The notes below the pieces were generated by a model. That model worked only from the letters and a program-made list of their open reading frames with translations, was not told the origin of the DNA and did not search any database. From Polyangiaceae bacterium (GTDB taxonomy: Bacteria > Myxococcota_A > Polyangia > Polyangiales > Polyangiaceae): a stretch of 64,000 nt of DNA. The translations under genes and the position numbers were made by a program. Positions 1 to 9,364 of this stretch are shown here, piece after piece (within the stretch, counting starts at the first letter, position 1; each line of letters starts with the position of its first letter). Location of the stretch: contig JANRKO010000006.1 in assembly GCA_033763455.1 (NCBI GenBank), positions 32,001-96,000 on the forward strand, given 5' to 3'.

Positions 1-708
1 GTCCTCCGGATCCACTTGGCCATTTCTAGCCACATCGCGGAATAACTCGACGCCTGGGGCTACGTTGCCTTCAAAGCGAGCGAGGTGTGCCGTGTTCTTC
101 GTGTCGCTCAGCACAATGCCCTCTATGGGGTCTTTTTCGGCCGTAGCGAGGTCAATGCCATTCAGCCAGGTGGCGATATCGAACTCCATCAGGATGGCTG
201 CGTCGTCTGCGCCAATTTCTATAGGTTGCGCGCTCGCGTCGAGGCGTATTTGGGCCTCAAAGTTGCTGGCGATCTTGAGCTTGGTGCCATCAGCTAGCCT
301 GCCTACGATCACGATGGAGTGGTTGAGTACTTCTTCGGGGGCACCGAGCGGCCTAGAGCCGGGGCCATTCGTGAAATCTGCTGTCGCTTGACAATAAAAG
401 CCGAGCGGTGCGTTGAGCGAAAGCTTCAGAGCATCTGGGCCGGAGTGATCTCCAAGGCCAATTTTAGTGGTCTCCACGACGCGCTCTGGCTTGATGCAGT
501 TGTCGCCCTCACGCAGGCTCACCTTATCCAGCGTGAGCCAGGCCTGCTCCACCACCACGGCGCCTCCCGTTTCTCGCAAGGAGACGAGTGCGAGATTGGA
601 GGACCGCGCGTTCAAGAGCAGCTCCACCTGGCCATTGGGGTTGCCCGTTTCCGTGCCGGTGCAGCCACCTACCGCTAAGACTAGGCCAAACAAACAAAGC
701 TTTTTCAT
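1..708 (-). CDS. Lipoprotein with GTETGNP motif, partner of the TIGR02147 gene (runs off the window start)
   Basis: Absent from the ORF track because it has no stop in the window. Hand translation from ATG 708 gives MKKLCLFGLVLAVGGC-TGTETGNP...LFRDVARNGQVDPED, with a lipobox. The start overlaps the upstream stop (ATGA, 708-705). Confidence 0.8.
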   Translation of the reverse strand, partial: MKKLCLFGLVLAVGGCTGTETGNPNGQVELLLNARSSNLALVSLRETGGAVVVEQAWLTLDKVSLREGDNCIKPERVVETTKIGLGDHSGPDALKLSLNAPLGFYCQATADFTNGPGSRPLGAPEEVLNHSIVIVGRLADGTKLKIASNFEAQIRLDASAQPIEIGADDAAILMEFDIATWLNGIDLATAEKDPIEGIVLSDTKNTAHLARFEGNVAPGVELFRDVARNGQVDPED

Positions 709-1559
709 GGTGCTTCACCCGGCTCCCCGATGGCATTCGATAGTGGAAAGAGCTGAAAATTAATCTGGATTACGCGCCGCGGATCGTCTTCCAGCTCCGA
801 TAGATCCAGTAATTCGCGGCGGAAACGCTGAATGCGGGCTTTGATTCGGCGCAAGCCATCTTCACCCACGTTCAGCGTGAGGCATGAGATGTCCCGCTCT
901 TCGGGAGCTACTAGATCGATCGAAGCAATGGCTCGTTCTGTCATAACTTTATGAAAGGAAGTGATGTGCAAACCGCGCGTTTCAGGGCCCGTGGAAACTA
1001 ACGGCTCGCTTTGCACCAGGCGCTCCCCTTCCGGCGCAAGCATTCCGAGCTCTATCAATACGTCCAGCGCTCTCCGAGCTTCCGCTGCTGAAATCGGCGG
1101 GGTGAGCTGGCGACCTATCCATTCAGGATCGTTTCTAAAGCTGCGGCTAACGGCCAGCTCTCGAATGGCTGGGATAAACCAGGCAGAGTGGTAAGCTGCG
1201 TGCGCCAAATCCAGCTTATGTGCCTGCCGATACTTTCGAAAGCTGGTTAGGCGGGCGTAGCCTTGGTTGCGTTCGGTCTGCGTGGTGGCTTGGTTGAAGC
1301 TCACCAGATCGATGAAGTAGCTGAGTGGCTCTTCACCGAGGCCACAGGCTTGACCAAAACGTTCTGCCATCGCCTTTGATAGGTTGCGTTCGCCATCGAT
1401 TACCAGCTTCAGGTAATTGGGTGATTTTAGACCAGCTCGCCGCGCGAAAGCTCGATAAGAGAAAGTGCGCCCCGCCCGGTTCACGCCTGCGTACCAGTCG
1501 CGAAGGAACGCCCGGTAGTCCAGGTACTGGAAGACGTCGATGTCGGCTGCGCGGGTCAC
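705..1559 (-). CDS. TIGR02147 family protein (N-terminal HTH plus DUF4423)
   Basis: N-terminus DVFQYLDYRAFLRDWY...FSYRAFARRAGLKSPNYLKLVIDGERNL, then W.IPAIREL, ERDIS and a C-terminal QINFQLFPL. Confidence 0.9.
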   Translation of the reverse strand: MTRAADIDVFQYLDYRAFLRDWYAGVNRAGRTFSYRAFARRAGLKSPNYLKLVIDGERNLSKAMAERFGQACGLGEEPLSYFIDLVSFNQATTQTERNQGYARLTSFRKYRQAHKLDLAHAAYHSAWFIPAIRELAVSRSFRNDPEWIGRQLTPPISAAEARRALDVLIELGMLAPEGERLVQSEPLVSTGPETRGLHITSFHKVMTERAIASIDLVAPEERDISCLTLNVGEDGLRRIKARIQRFRRELLDLSELEDDPRRVIQINFQLFPLSNAIGEPGEAP

Positions 1560-1849
1560 AAGTGGGTTGTAGGCCCAAGCCTAAGCGTCACAAGGGGCGC
1601 GACGTGAGAAAGTGAAGACTCCTAGAATACGCAAGTCGTCACGGGTGCGTCATTTTTCAGTATTTTGTGCCGATTTCAGCGAAGACTCTCCGGGGGGAGC
1701 CGCTCTTGAGTCTTCGCTCGGTCACCCACGGCATTCTCAGGGAGGTGCAATGCCACGGGCGCAGCGAACTCCCGTGCCCAGAGCATATCCATCGGGCATG
1801 GTGATGCCACGATAAGCAAGGTGCCCATGAAAGACAGCACTTGCCTGGA

Positions 1850-1884
1850 TTGCGCTACGCGATCTCACAGGCATAGAATGCCGA
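1850..1884 (+). promoter_or_regulatory. Sigma70-type promoter of a probably leaderless transcript
   Basis: TTGCGC (1850-1855), 18 nt spacer, TAGAAT (1874-1879), then 5 nt to GTG 1885. No SD sequence. Confidence 0.55.
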
Positions 1885-3030
1885 GTGCTTATTGGTCTGT
1901 GTTTGGATTTTTACAGCGGCTACGATGACGGGCTGCTGCGCGGGATCGGAGCTTACGCGCGACCCCACAAGACCTGGACGTTCGACCACGCTTTTCCGAC
2001 GTTGGCTGGGGTGCGCGGGCTCCTCGCGCAAAGGCCAAGAGGAGTCATTATTCGCACGGCGGACGCCGAGTTGCTGAAGTTGCTTCGGCAAGCAACCGTC
2101 CGGGTCGTCAATATCAGCAATCAGCCCAAGGTCCCCGGCGTGGCCCAAGTCAGCAACGATAACCGAGCAATCGGCGCGATGGCTGCAGAGCACCTTCTAA
2201 GAAGAGGACACACGCGTTTCGCGTACTATGCCTTGCTGCCTGCTCGTGTTGACGAACGCTTGCGAGGATTCCAAGAACATCTCCGTCTCGCAGACCGCGA
2301 TTGCGACGTGTTTTTGGGTGGCCCGGATGATGTGGAGCCAGAGGCACTAGAAGCTTACGAGCGAGAACTCAACCTTTGGTTGCAGAAGCTTGTGCTGCCC
2401 GTCGCCATCTTTTGCGATGGCGATAGATTCGCCTGGATGATCACCGAGAGGTGTCGCCGTCTGGGATTGCGCGTGCCTGAGCAGGTGGCAATCCTCGGTG
2501 TCGACAACGTCGCCTCGATGTGCGCGCTTGCGGACCCACCTTTAAGTAGTGTGCAAACCGCATCCGAACGCATCGGCTATGAAGCCGCCCAAGCGCTGGA
2601 GCAGATGCTCAGCGACAAAGTACCCAACTCCCTGTCGATTCAGGTCCCGCCCGTGAGGGTTGCTGGTCGCCGCTCCACCGACGGCGTCACCGTTGAAGAT
2701 CCGTGGGTGCACGCCGCTTTGGAGCATATGCGGTCACATCTTATCGATACCCAAGGCATCGATTGGCTGAGTGACAAGATTGGGTGTTCGAGGCGAACTT
2801 TGGAGCGTCGCTTTCGGGAGAGCTTGGGGTACAGCCCTGCGGATGCATGGGCACGTTTTCGACTGGAAGAGGCAGAGCGGCTCCTGGCAGACACCGAGCT
2901 TTCGCTCACAGCCGTGGCCGAGCGTTGCGGGTTTCACGTTCCCAAACAAATGGCTTCGGTATTCCGCCGAATGTTGGGTTACGGCCCACGCGATTTTCGC
3001 AAGCTTGCGCAACCGGGATATGTGGGTTGA
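1885..3030 (+). CDS. XylR-type regulator (LacI-like ligand-binding domain plus AraC HTH)
   Basis: V.NDNRAIGAMAAEHL, RVPEQVAILGVDN, PPLSSV, RRSTD and an AraC tail (SRRTLERRF...VAERCGF...FRRMLGYGP). Confidence 0.9.
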   Translation: MLIGLCLDFYSGYDDGLLRGIGAYARPHKTWTFDHAFPTLAGVRGLLAQRPRGVIIRTADAELLKLLRQATVRVVNISNQPKVPGVAQVSNDNRAIGAMAAEHLLRRGHTRFAYYALLPARVDERLRGFQEHLRLADRDCDVFLGGPDDVEPEALEAYERELNLWLQKLVLPVAIFCDGDRFAWMITERCRRLGLRVPEQVAILGVDNVASMCALADPPLSSVQTASERIGYEAAQALEQMLSDKVPNSLSIQVPPVRVAGRRSTDGVTVEDPWVHAALEHMRSHLIDTQGIDWLSDKIGCSRRTLERRFRESLGYSPADAWARFRLEEAERLLADTELSLTAVAERCGFHVPKQMASVFRRMLGYGPRDFRKLAQPGYVG

Positions 3031-3278
3031 TAGAGCTGGCTTGGTAGTCGAGCCAATCGGGCTACAGGTTAAATTTGAAACGGCGAGCTCGCTCAGCCTG
3101 CGATGGTCCCACTCGGACTCCGACACAGTACCGATCGCGGCTAGCGGGCCAAACCGCAATTGGTGTGCACGGCGGGAGCTGTTTTTCTGCCATGTCGAAG
3201 TTGCCCGGAAGACCACCGTGATTTGTGCCATTGAGCCTTAGGGGAGGGTCATTGCAGAACGTGACGAGGAGTCCGTGT

Positions 3279-5528
3279 ATGCAATCTAGAAAAGCAGTTG
3301 GCCCGGCGCTCAGCGAACTTGACCTGACACCTCAACAGAGCGATCGATTCGCATATCAAAATCGCTTCGTTCCATTCGTGATTCGCGATGCGAACGGGAA
3401 CCCCGTCACCAGCGTAGTGGCGCAAGCCATGCGGCAATTGCCCAAGGCAGCCCGATTAGAGGTGGCAGAGAAGCAACAAAAATCGGCTTCGCTAGTGAAA
3501 GCGCATAAGCCCACCAAGCGCCCCAAGCCTACGAAGCCTCCCAAACACCCCAAGGGGCCGAGAGCCAGTGTTGGACCCTCCGGCAATACCGGAACAGGCG
3601 CAGGCATGGGCAGTGGAGTGAATCGCCCAGCCGACGATCTTGAGCTAGCCGAGCGCGTATCCGACTTTGGAATTATTTTGCTTGAGCGCACGCGAGTGAC
3701 TCCCAGTGGTTTTGCGCTAGGCGAGCATCTCCTCTCGTTGAGCCTGGCTCCAGGCGAAGAGGTAACTATCGAACAGAAGACCTTCTCCGAGAAGACGGTT
3801 ACGTTCGAGGAAGTTAACGAGACTGATGAGGAGGTTAATACTGAGCTTGGGAGTAACTTGACAACGGAGCTCTCCGAAGCTCTCAGTCGCGTGGCGAGTG
3901 ATACCAAAAACCGTGGTATAAACGTGGGAGGTACGCTCGGGTTCTCCTACTACGTGAGCTTGAATGTGAGCGCCGGCTATACGGATTCCGTTGCTAACGC
4001 GCTCTCTACCACTCAGGGCGAAACGGTGCGCAACGTGATGACCCGGACGGAGAAGCTAGCATCGCGACGTCGCGCACAACATAAAGTGACCATGAAGGTT
4101 TCAGAGACCAGCCGATTTGAAGCTGGGAACAAGCGAGTACTCAGAAACCCTAACCAATTTACCCCGGTTGATCTCATCTACTTCAAGCTGCTCCAGAAGA
4201 TCAAAGTTTCACATGAACGATTCGGGATCCGTCTGTGTTGGGCGCCGTTCATTCCGGATCCAGGCGTTGTATTGGATCAAGCGGAACGAGCGGAGCGCAC
4301 GAGGCTCGAAGCAGAGCTACCACTCAAGCTGCCCGTACTACGCGATAAACCCACCGATCGGGGGGTAGGAGCAGATATTGCTGTCTCGTCCGGTTCCGTC
4401 GAACTTACCAACTGGCTGCAACCCTGGGGGGACATGCGAGCTGATTACGAATACAGGTTTCCAGTTCCCGCAGCTGGGTACAAGTGGGATGGGGACACAG
4501 CGGGTATTGCGCTCGGGGTTTCTTGGTCCGGCTTTGGTGCTCGCGGCGCCCCCGGTGTTCGCGTCTTGCTGGCCGAGCCATATATCGACACAGCAAACTC
4601 AACCAGTGGAGTACGCGTGATCGTTCATGCTGGGGTTGATTGGGGCGGCGTGGGCGCACACTTGTATTGCAACGTTACGGTGAATTTTAGCGCTGACGCT
4701 ACGGGTGCAAGCGCTTCGTACCAAGCCGAGCTCGCCGTGTGGCAGGCTGAAAAGGACACGTGGGATAGGGAAGTCGCGCGGCTCACTGCGGAGCGAGAAG
4801 CCACGATTAAAACCCGCCTCGCGGAATGGAAAGTGGCGTACCTGAAGACATTCGACCCAGTGTCGACAGCATTCCAATTGCTGATTGCCATGTTGTTTCC
4901 GCCGGATCAGCGCGACGAAGGGTTCGAGATCGAAATGTGGAACAAGGTCTTCGATTTCGAAGGAGTTGCATTTCAGTATTACCCTTCCTGGTGGAGCAAT
5001 AAGGAGCGTCGCAATCCAGAAAAGGCTCCGGATGCCTTCGAGAATGCCAGCTGGATGCGGGTATTTCTGCCTATTCGGCCCGGGTTTGAGCGCCAGGCCC
5101 TCAACTTACTCATCGAAAGGCGTATCCACACTAACGTCCAGGATCCCGTCAAAAAATCTGCGATCGAAAAAGTGCTAAATGAGCTCGCGGGTGCACGCCA
5201 GCAATTCTTCGGCGGAGTGGACGAAATCCAAGTGGTGCCCGGAACGCCATGTCCCAGCGCGACACGGCCTTATGTTTGTCTCGCACACTGGAATGAACTT
5301 TTGCCCACCGACGGTACTCACCTAGAAGTCGTCCAGGCGGTTACGACTGCGATTGATGACACTAGCGCGCAGTCAATATCTGACGCGCATCAGCTCATGA
5401 CCGCGCGTATTGGTAGCCAGACTTCCGAAGGCGAGCTCACGGCGAGTGTCAAAGACTCGGTATCCAGTTCTGCCACTGCACCGAGCGTCGACGTCCACAT
5501 TGGCATTGGAACCAAACGAGAAGAATAG
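3279..5528 (+). CDS. Hypothetical protein, putative beta-pore-forming or translocation component
   Basis: Long ORF. ATG 3279 follows GAGGAG (the track starts at 3225). It has an SLAPGE motif, a Ser/Thr/Glu-rich strand region with an amphipathic hairpin (GINVGGTLGFSYYVSLNVSAGYTDS) and C-terminal YPSWW, RVFLPIRPGFE and LPTDGTHLE motifs. The function is inferred. Confidence 0.6.
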   Translation: MQSRKAVGPALSELDLTPQQSDRFAYQNRFVPFVIRDANGNPVTSVVAQAMRQLPKAARLEVAEKQQKSASLVKAHKPTKRPKPTKPPKHPKGPRASVGPSGNTGTGAGMGSGVNRPADDLELAERVSDFGIILLERTRVTPSGFALGEHLLSLSLAPGEEVTIEQKTFSEKTVTFEEVNETDEEVNTELGSNLTTELSEALSRVASDTKNRGINVGGTLGFSYYVSLNVSAGYTDSVANALSTTQGETVRNVMTRTEKLASRRRAQHKVTMKVSETSRFEAGNKRVLRNPNQFTPVDLIYFKLLQKIKVSHERFGIRLCWAPFIPDPGVVLDQAERAERTRLEAELPLKLPVLRDKPTDRGVGADIAVSSGSVELTNWLQPWGDMRADYEYRFPVPAAGYKWDGDTAGIALGVSWSGFGARGAPGVRVLLAEPYIDTANSTSGVRVIVHAGVDWGGVGAHLYCNVTVNFSADATGASASYQAELAVWQAEKDTWDREVARLTAEREATIKTRLAEWKVAYLKTFDPVSTAFQLLIAMLFPPDQRDEGFEIEMWNKVFDFEGVAFQYYPSWWSNKERRNPEKAPDAFENASWMRVFLPIRPGFERQALNLLIERRIHTNVQDPVKKSAIEKVLNELAGARQQFFGGVDEIQVVPGTPCPSATRPYVCLAHWNELLPTDGTHLEVVQAVTTAIDDTSAQSISDAHQLMTARIGSQTSEGELTASVKDSVSSSATAPSVDVHIGIGTKREE

Positions 5529-5533
5529 CCTAG

Positions 5534-7396
5534 ATGGCTGGCACGCCCGTATCGAACCCGGTCGTGAAGGTTCCTGGAGGCCGTGCCCTCGAGGCGCTGC
5601 CTGTGGTGGAGCTATCGCTGGCGCTAGGGCGTACGCCGCCCGAAAGAGTGCTGGCTGCTGCAACTGTGCTCGTAGATCAACTGCGTGAGATGGAGTACGG
5701 GTTCTTGGCAAGCCTTCGGGGTCGCCATTTTTCCCGTTCAATCCGCAGCATTCTTGAATACTTCAACCTCACGAGGGATGAGTTCCAAGAGTTGATTCAG
5801 GTGCTTGGGCACTTCAAAGTTGCGAACTCGTTCTTCAACCTTGCCGTCCCAGAGAACGACGACGGCCTCAAGCGTTACTTGCTTGATCACGGTGTTCTGT
5901 GGCAGCAGATCCTGTTTCATTACGAGTTCTCGTTGTGGACGCCCGTGAGGTTTTCGGCAAGCTTTATCGCCGGCCTTGGCTATTCGGCAGCTTCTATCCT
6001 TGAAGTTATCAAGGACTTGTTCGATTTCGGCGTGGAGGCGTTCGAGAGCCCCAGTGTTGCGAAACACAAGATTAGGGACTTCGTTGATGGCATCCGTCAG
6101 CTATCTCTGGACGCGCTCGTCTCCATGGCGAAGGATGAATGGGTGAGTTGGAACAAGGAGTTTAGCGACGCGCTTTACGACTTGGACTTTGACAAGGCCG
6201 GCTTCATGCTCGGTAAGCTAGCGGGGGATCTGTGGCAGCTGCTCACGGGAATCAAGGCATTGGCTAAGTTGCCTGGGATGACCTTGAAGCTGGCGAGGAA
6301 GTTCGGTGGTCTTTTTGCAAAAGGAATTCGCTATTCGAAGGCGGCCATCCAACTTTTGGCAGAGCTACTGGGGAAGGTTGCGGCAGCCATCAACGAGGCC
6401 ATCGAAGTTGGGTTCGCCGCTGTTGTGCACTGGGTTGAGGATGCTCGTGTTGTTCTTGATAGGCTCGGTGAAGGTGCGTTGATCGCCATCAACCGCGCGG
6501 GGGACATGCTCTTTCATATCCCCGAAAATGGCTTGGTGTTGGAGGGGGTAGGATTGGTCGATGAAGGTTGGTTGCTCGGAACGGCGACGGGGGAAACGAC
6601 GACCATTGTCGCTCGTACGAGAGTTGGCTTCGACGAAGGGCTTAAGTACGTGAGCGACCTCTTGGCGAATACCTCCGGCAAGGTACGCCAAATTCCCAAT
6701 AAGCTTCGATTTCTTCAAGAGGTAAAGCAGGTAGAGAAGAAAGCTGAGGAATATCTGAAGCTCTGGCGCGACACGCTGCAGAAGATCCTCCGTGAAAATA
6801 AGATCCCGATTAATCCCCGAGAGGCCGGAACCTGGATACACGGGCATCTTGAGGCGGCCTTCGATGACCTGGCAGCCGCTTTGAGCAAGGTGTACTCGTC
6901 GATGCCAGAAATTCAACTTCGGAAGTTAGCCGGAACCCTAGCAAGGGGCCCCGCTGAGCTAAAAGGCTTCCTGAAGCGCGCGGACACTCCACTCATGGAT
7001 TTCATCCTCTCACGGCCCAAGATCATGGCGGCGCTCGGTGTGAGCGATGAGCAAGAGCTCGCGAGCTTCTTGAAAGCCCACTACAAGGATCCGTACAAGA
7101 CTCGGATCGGCGATCTGGTGAGCGATGGCATCTTGTTTAACGAAGACACACGGCGCCTAATCAGCGTGGACTGGACGAGTGGGCTCGGCAAGTACAGGTT
7201 TGCTAATGAATTCGAGGCGGCGCTGAAGGCCGGGGAATCCCTCAGCGATGCTCAGAAGCTGGAACTCGCTAAGACTTTTCTCAAGCATTCCCTTCGAGAG
7301 TACGCTGTGCGTGAGGCTATTTTGGAGCACATTTTCGTTGGATGGGAAACGAAGGTGATAGAGGTCATGTACGACCCTTTTAGGTTCGTGAACTGA
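5534..7396 (+). CDS. Hypothetical polymorphic-toxin-like protein with a C-terminal PD-(D/E)XK-like domain
   Basis: Starts 5 nt after the previous stop. It has Gly-rich hydrophobic helices (FIAGLG; AGFMLGKLAGDLWQLLTG) and C-terminal motifs EAGTWIH...SDGILFNEDTRRLISVDWTSG...REY. Confidence 0.55.
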   Translation: MAGTPVSNPVVKVPGGRALEALPVVELSLALGRTPPERVLAAATVLVDQLREMEYGFLASLRGRHFSRSIRSILEYFNLTRDEFQELIQVLGHFKVANSFFNLAVPENDDGLKRYLLDHGVLWQQILFHYEFSLWTPVRFSASFIAGLGYSAASILEVIKDLFDFGVEAFESPSVAKHKIRDFVDGIRQLSLDALVSMAKDEWVSWNKEFSDALYDLDFDKAGFMLGKLAGDLWQLLTGIKALAKLPGMTLKLARKFGGLFAKGIRYSKAAIQLLAELLGKVAAAINEAIEVGFAAVVHWVEDARVVLDRLGEGALIAINRAGDMLFHIPENGLVLEGVGLVDEGWLLGTATGETTTIVARTRVGFDEGLKYVSDLLANTSGKVRQIPNKLRFLQEVKQVEKKAEEYLKLWRDTLQKILRENKIPINPREAGTWIHGHLEAAFDDLAAALSKVYSSMPEIQLRKLAGTLARGPAELKGFLKRADTPLMDFILSRPKIMAALGVSDEQELASFLKAHYKDPYKTRIGDLVSDGILFNEDTRRLISVDWTSGLGKYRFANEFEAALKAGESLSDAQKLELAKTFLKHSLREYAVREAILEHIFVGWETKVIEVMYDPFRFVN

Positions 7397-7412
7397 TAGG
7401 TTCGTGAACTGA
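7381..7412 (+). repeat. Perfect 16-bp tandem duplication TAGGTTCGTGAACTGA
   Basis: 7381-7396 is identical to 7397-7412. The first copy ends in the stop codon of the 620-aa gene. Confidence 0.95.
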
Positions 7413-7430
7413 GAAGCAGGACCGTAGGAA

Positions 7431-8549
7431 ATGGCTGAACCACTAAAGACATTCTTTTCGGCGTCGCTGGTGAAACGCCTGGCGGCGGACATTAGGAAGG
7501 TACACCCGGCGTTTCCCGACAAAGACTTCGTGAAACAAGCCTCAGCAGGGTTGGAAGAGCTCGAGCTCTTAGGCCGAGGTAAACACATTGCGGCGGCTCT
7601 CGGTGCCCATCTGCCGCCAAGCTATCCGAAAGCTGTCAAAGTGCTCCTGGCGTCGCTCGGGCCCGAACATGCTACTGATGAACTGGTGGGGGCGGGGATG
7701 GCGCCGTTTTATTATCTGCCGCACGTTATCTTCGTGGCGGAGCGGGGGCTTTCTCATTTCGACCTTTCGCTCCGTGCTCAATATGAGCTGACGAAACGTT
7801 TTAGCGCTGAGTTTAGCATGCGCGCTTACATTGCCCATGATCCTGAGATCACCTTCGAGATGCTGAGCAAGTGGTCCCAAGATCCCAACGCACATGTGCG
7901 CCGCTTGGTGTCGGAGTGTACGCGGCTAAGGCTCCCGTGGGCCGAGCGCGTTGCATGGTTGGACGCCAACCCCGAACGCGTGCTTGAGTTGTTGGAGCTG
8001 CTCAAAGACGACCCAGCGTCGGTGGTGCGGCGAAGTGTCGCCAACAACCTGAATGATTTGGGCAAGGTACGGCTCGATTTGTTGGTGAAGACGTGTGCGC
8101 GCTGGGCCAAGGGGGCACCAGCTGAGCGGAAAGCGCTCATCGAACACGCCTTGCGCAGTGCCGTAAAGCGAGGTGAGCCAGCAGTGCTAGAGATCCTTGG
8201 GTACGCCGGGCAGGCGTTGGTCGCGCTAGAAGCGGTGCGCTTTGATCCGGAGCGTGTGACCGTGGGGAAAAGCGTTTCGGTGAGCTTTGCCTTGCGGAGC
8301 CAAACCCAAAAGGCTCAGAGCTTGCTGGTTGATTTGGCGGTGCACTTTGTGAAAGCGAACGGCAAAACGGCTCCTAAGGTGTTCAAGCTCAAGCGCGTTG
8401 AGCTACCGGCTAAAGCCAGTGTGGAGCTCAAAACGACGGTTTCTTTGGCGGTGCACACCACACGCAAGCCCTACCCGGGGGAACATCGAGTGGAGGTGGT
8501 CGTGAATGGGCAGCGCCTGCGGGCGGGCAGTTTTTACGTGAAGGATTGA
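7431..8549 (+). CDS. alkC: DNA alkylation repair glycosylase, AlkC type (HEAT-like repeats plus C-terminal Ig-like domain)
   Basis: MAEPLK, ELTKRFSAEF, HVRRLVSE.TR.RLPW, VRRSVANNLND and a C-terminal KVFKLK...TTRKPYPGEHRVEVVVNG. Confidence 0.85.
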   Translation: MAEPLKTFFSASLVKRLAADIRKVHPAFPDKDFVKQASAGLEELELLGRGKHIAAALGAHLPPSYPKAVKVLLASLGPEHATDELVGAGMAPFYYLPHVIFVAERGLSHFDLSLRAQYELTKRFSAEFSMRAYIAHDPEITFEMLSKWSQDPNAHVRRLVSECTRLRLPWAERVAWLDANPERVLELLELLKDDPASVVRRSVANNLNDLGKVRLDLLVKTCARWAKGAPAERKALIEHALRSAVKRGEPAVLEILGYAGQALVALEAVRFDPERVTVGKSVSVSFALRSQTQKAQSLLVDLAVHFVKANGKTAPKVFKLKRVELPAKASVELKTTVSLAVHTTRKPYPGEHRVEVVVNGQRLRAGSFYVKD

Positions 8550-8563
8550 GGTACGCTACACTC

Positions 8564-8983
8564 ATGACACCCCTTACGAAGAAGGAACCTCTTGCCATCA
8601 TGGGTTTGGCTCACCTGGGCATTCGTGTACACGATTTAGAACGTTCCGTGCGTTTTTATGAGCTGCTGGGCTTTACCAAGACGGCCGGTCCGATCGGGCC
8701 GGAGCCTGTGGCTATCCTTGAACATCCTTCTGGCGTTGAGGTGAATCTGGTCCTAAATGCACCGCTGGCTGAAGCGCCGAACATTTTGATGGATGTGCCT
8801 GAGAAACACCCCGGGATCACGCACTTTGCGCTACTTTGCCCTGACGTTTTGGCTGCCAAAGCACGCCTTGAGGCGGCAGGTATTGGGCTCTCTGGTGGCC
8901 CTATCCAGTTTTATCCTGGGGCGCAGGCCATTTTCGTGCGTGACCCAGACCGCAACGTGATTGAGCTGCACCAACGCGGGTGA
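8564..8983 (+). CDS. VOC (glyoxalase) family protein
   Basis: LAHLGIRVHDLERSVRFYELLGF, PGITHFAL, FVRDPDRNVIEL. ATG 8564 lies 6 nt after TACGCT. Confidence 0.9.
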   Translation: MTPLTKKEPLAIMGLAHLGIRVHDLERSVRFYELLGFTKTAGPIGPEPVAILEHPSGVEVNLVLNAPLAEAPNILMDVPEKHPGITHFALLCPDVLAAKARLEAAGIGLSGGPIQFYPGAQAIFVRDPDRNVIELHQRG

Positions 8984-8990
8984 GCGGGGC

Positions 8991-9352
8991 TCAAGGCAGC
9001 CGTGCTCCGCGGCCCGCCACATACAGCGAGTACCATTCTTCGCGAGAGAGCGTGACGCATTCTGCGGCGCAACAAGCTTTGATGCGCGCGGGTTCGGTAC
9101 TTCCGATAACGGGCTGGATGCCGGCAGGGTGCCGCAGGAGCCAAGCAATCGCAATGGCTTCATTGGGCACGTCTTTGGCACGAGCGAGCTCGCTCACGAC
9201 GCGAGCCAGTTCGATGGCTTTGGGATCATCGGTGCCGCCGAGGGCGCGCCCTCGTGCAAGAGGTGCCCAAGCTTGAATCGTAATGTTGTGCAGCCGGCAA
9301 TAATCTAGAATGCCATCGGCTCCCAGCGCGGGGGATTTTTGGTTGGCGACAT
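8991..9352 (-). pseudogene. 3' fragment of an aldo/keto reductase (YdhF-like)
   Basis: [22 protein letters not shown]...AIAWLLRHPAGIQPVIGST...LSREEWY is the C-terminal part of an AKR. The catalytic N-terminal part is missing. Confidence 0.8.
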
Positions 9353-9364
9353 AATGTGGAAAGT

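Noticed and set aside
7381..7412. 16-bp duplication as an IS target-site duplication or CRISPR repeat
   Set aside because: Only two adjacent copies, no spacer, and no transposase or cas gene.
7431..8549. AlkC as immunity protein for the upstream nuclease-like gene
   Set aside because: It is an ordinary repair gene that occurs widely on its own, and adjacency is the only link.
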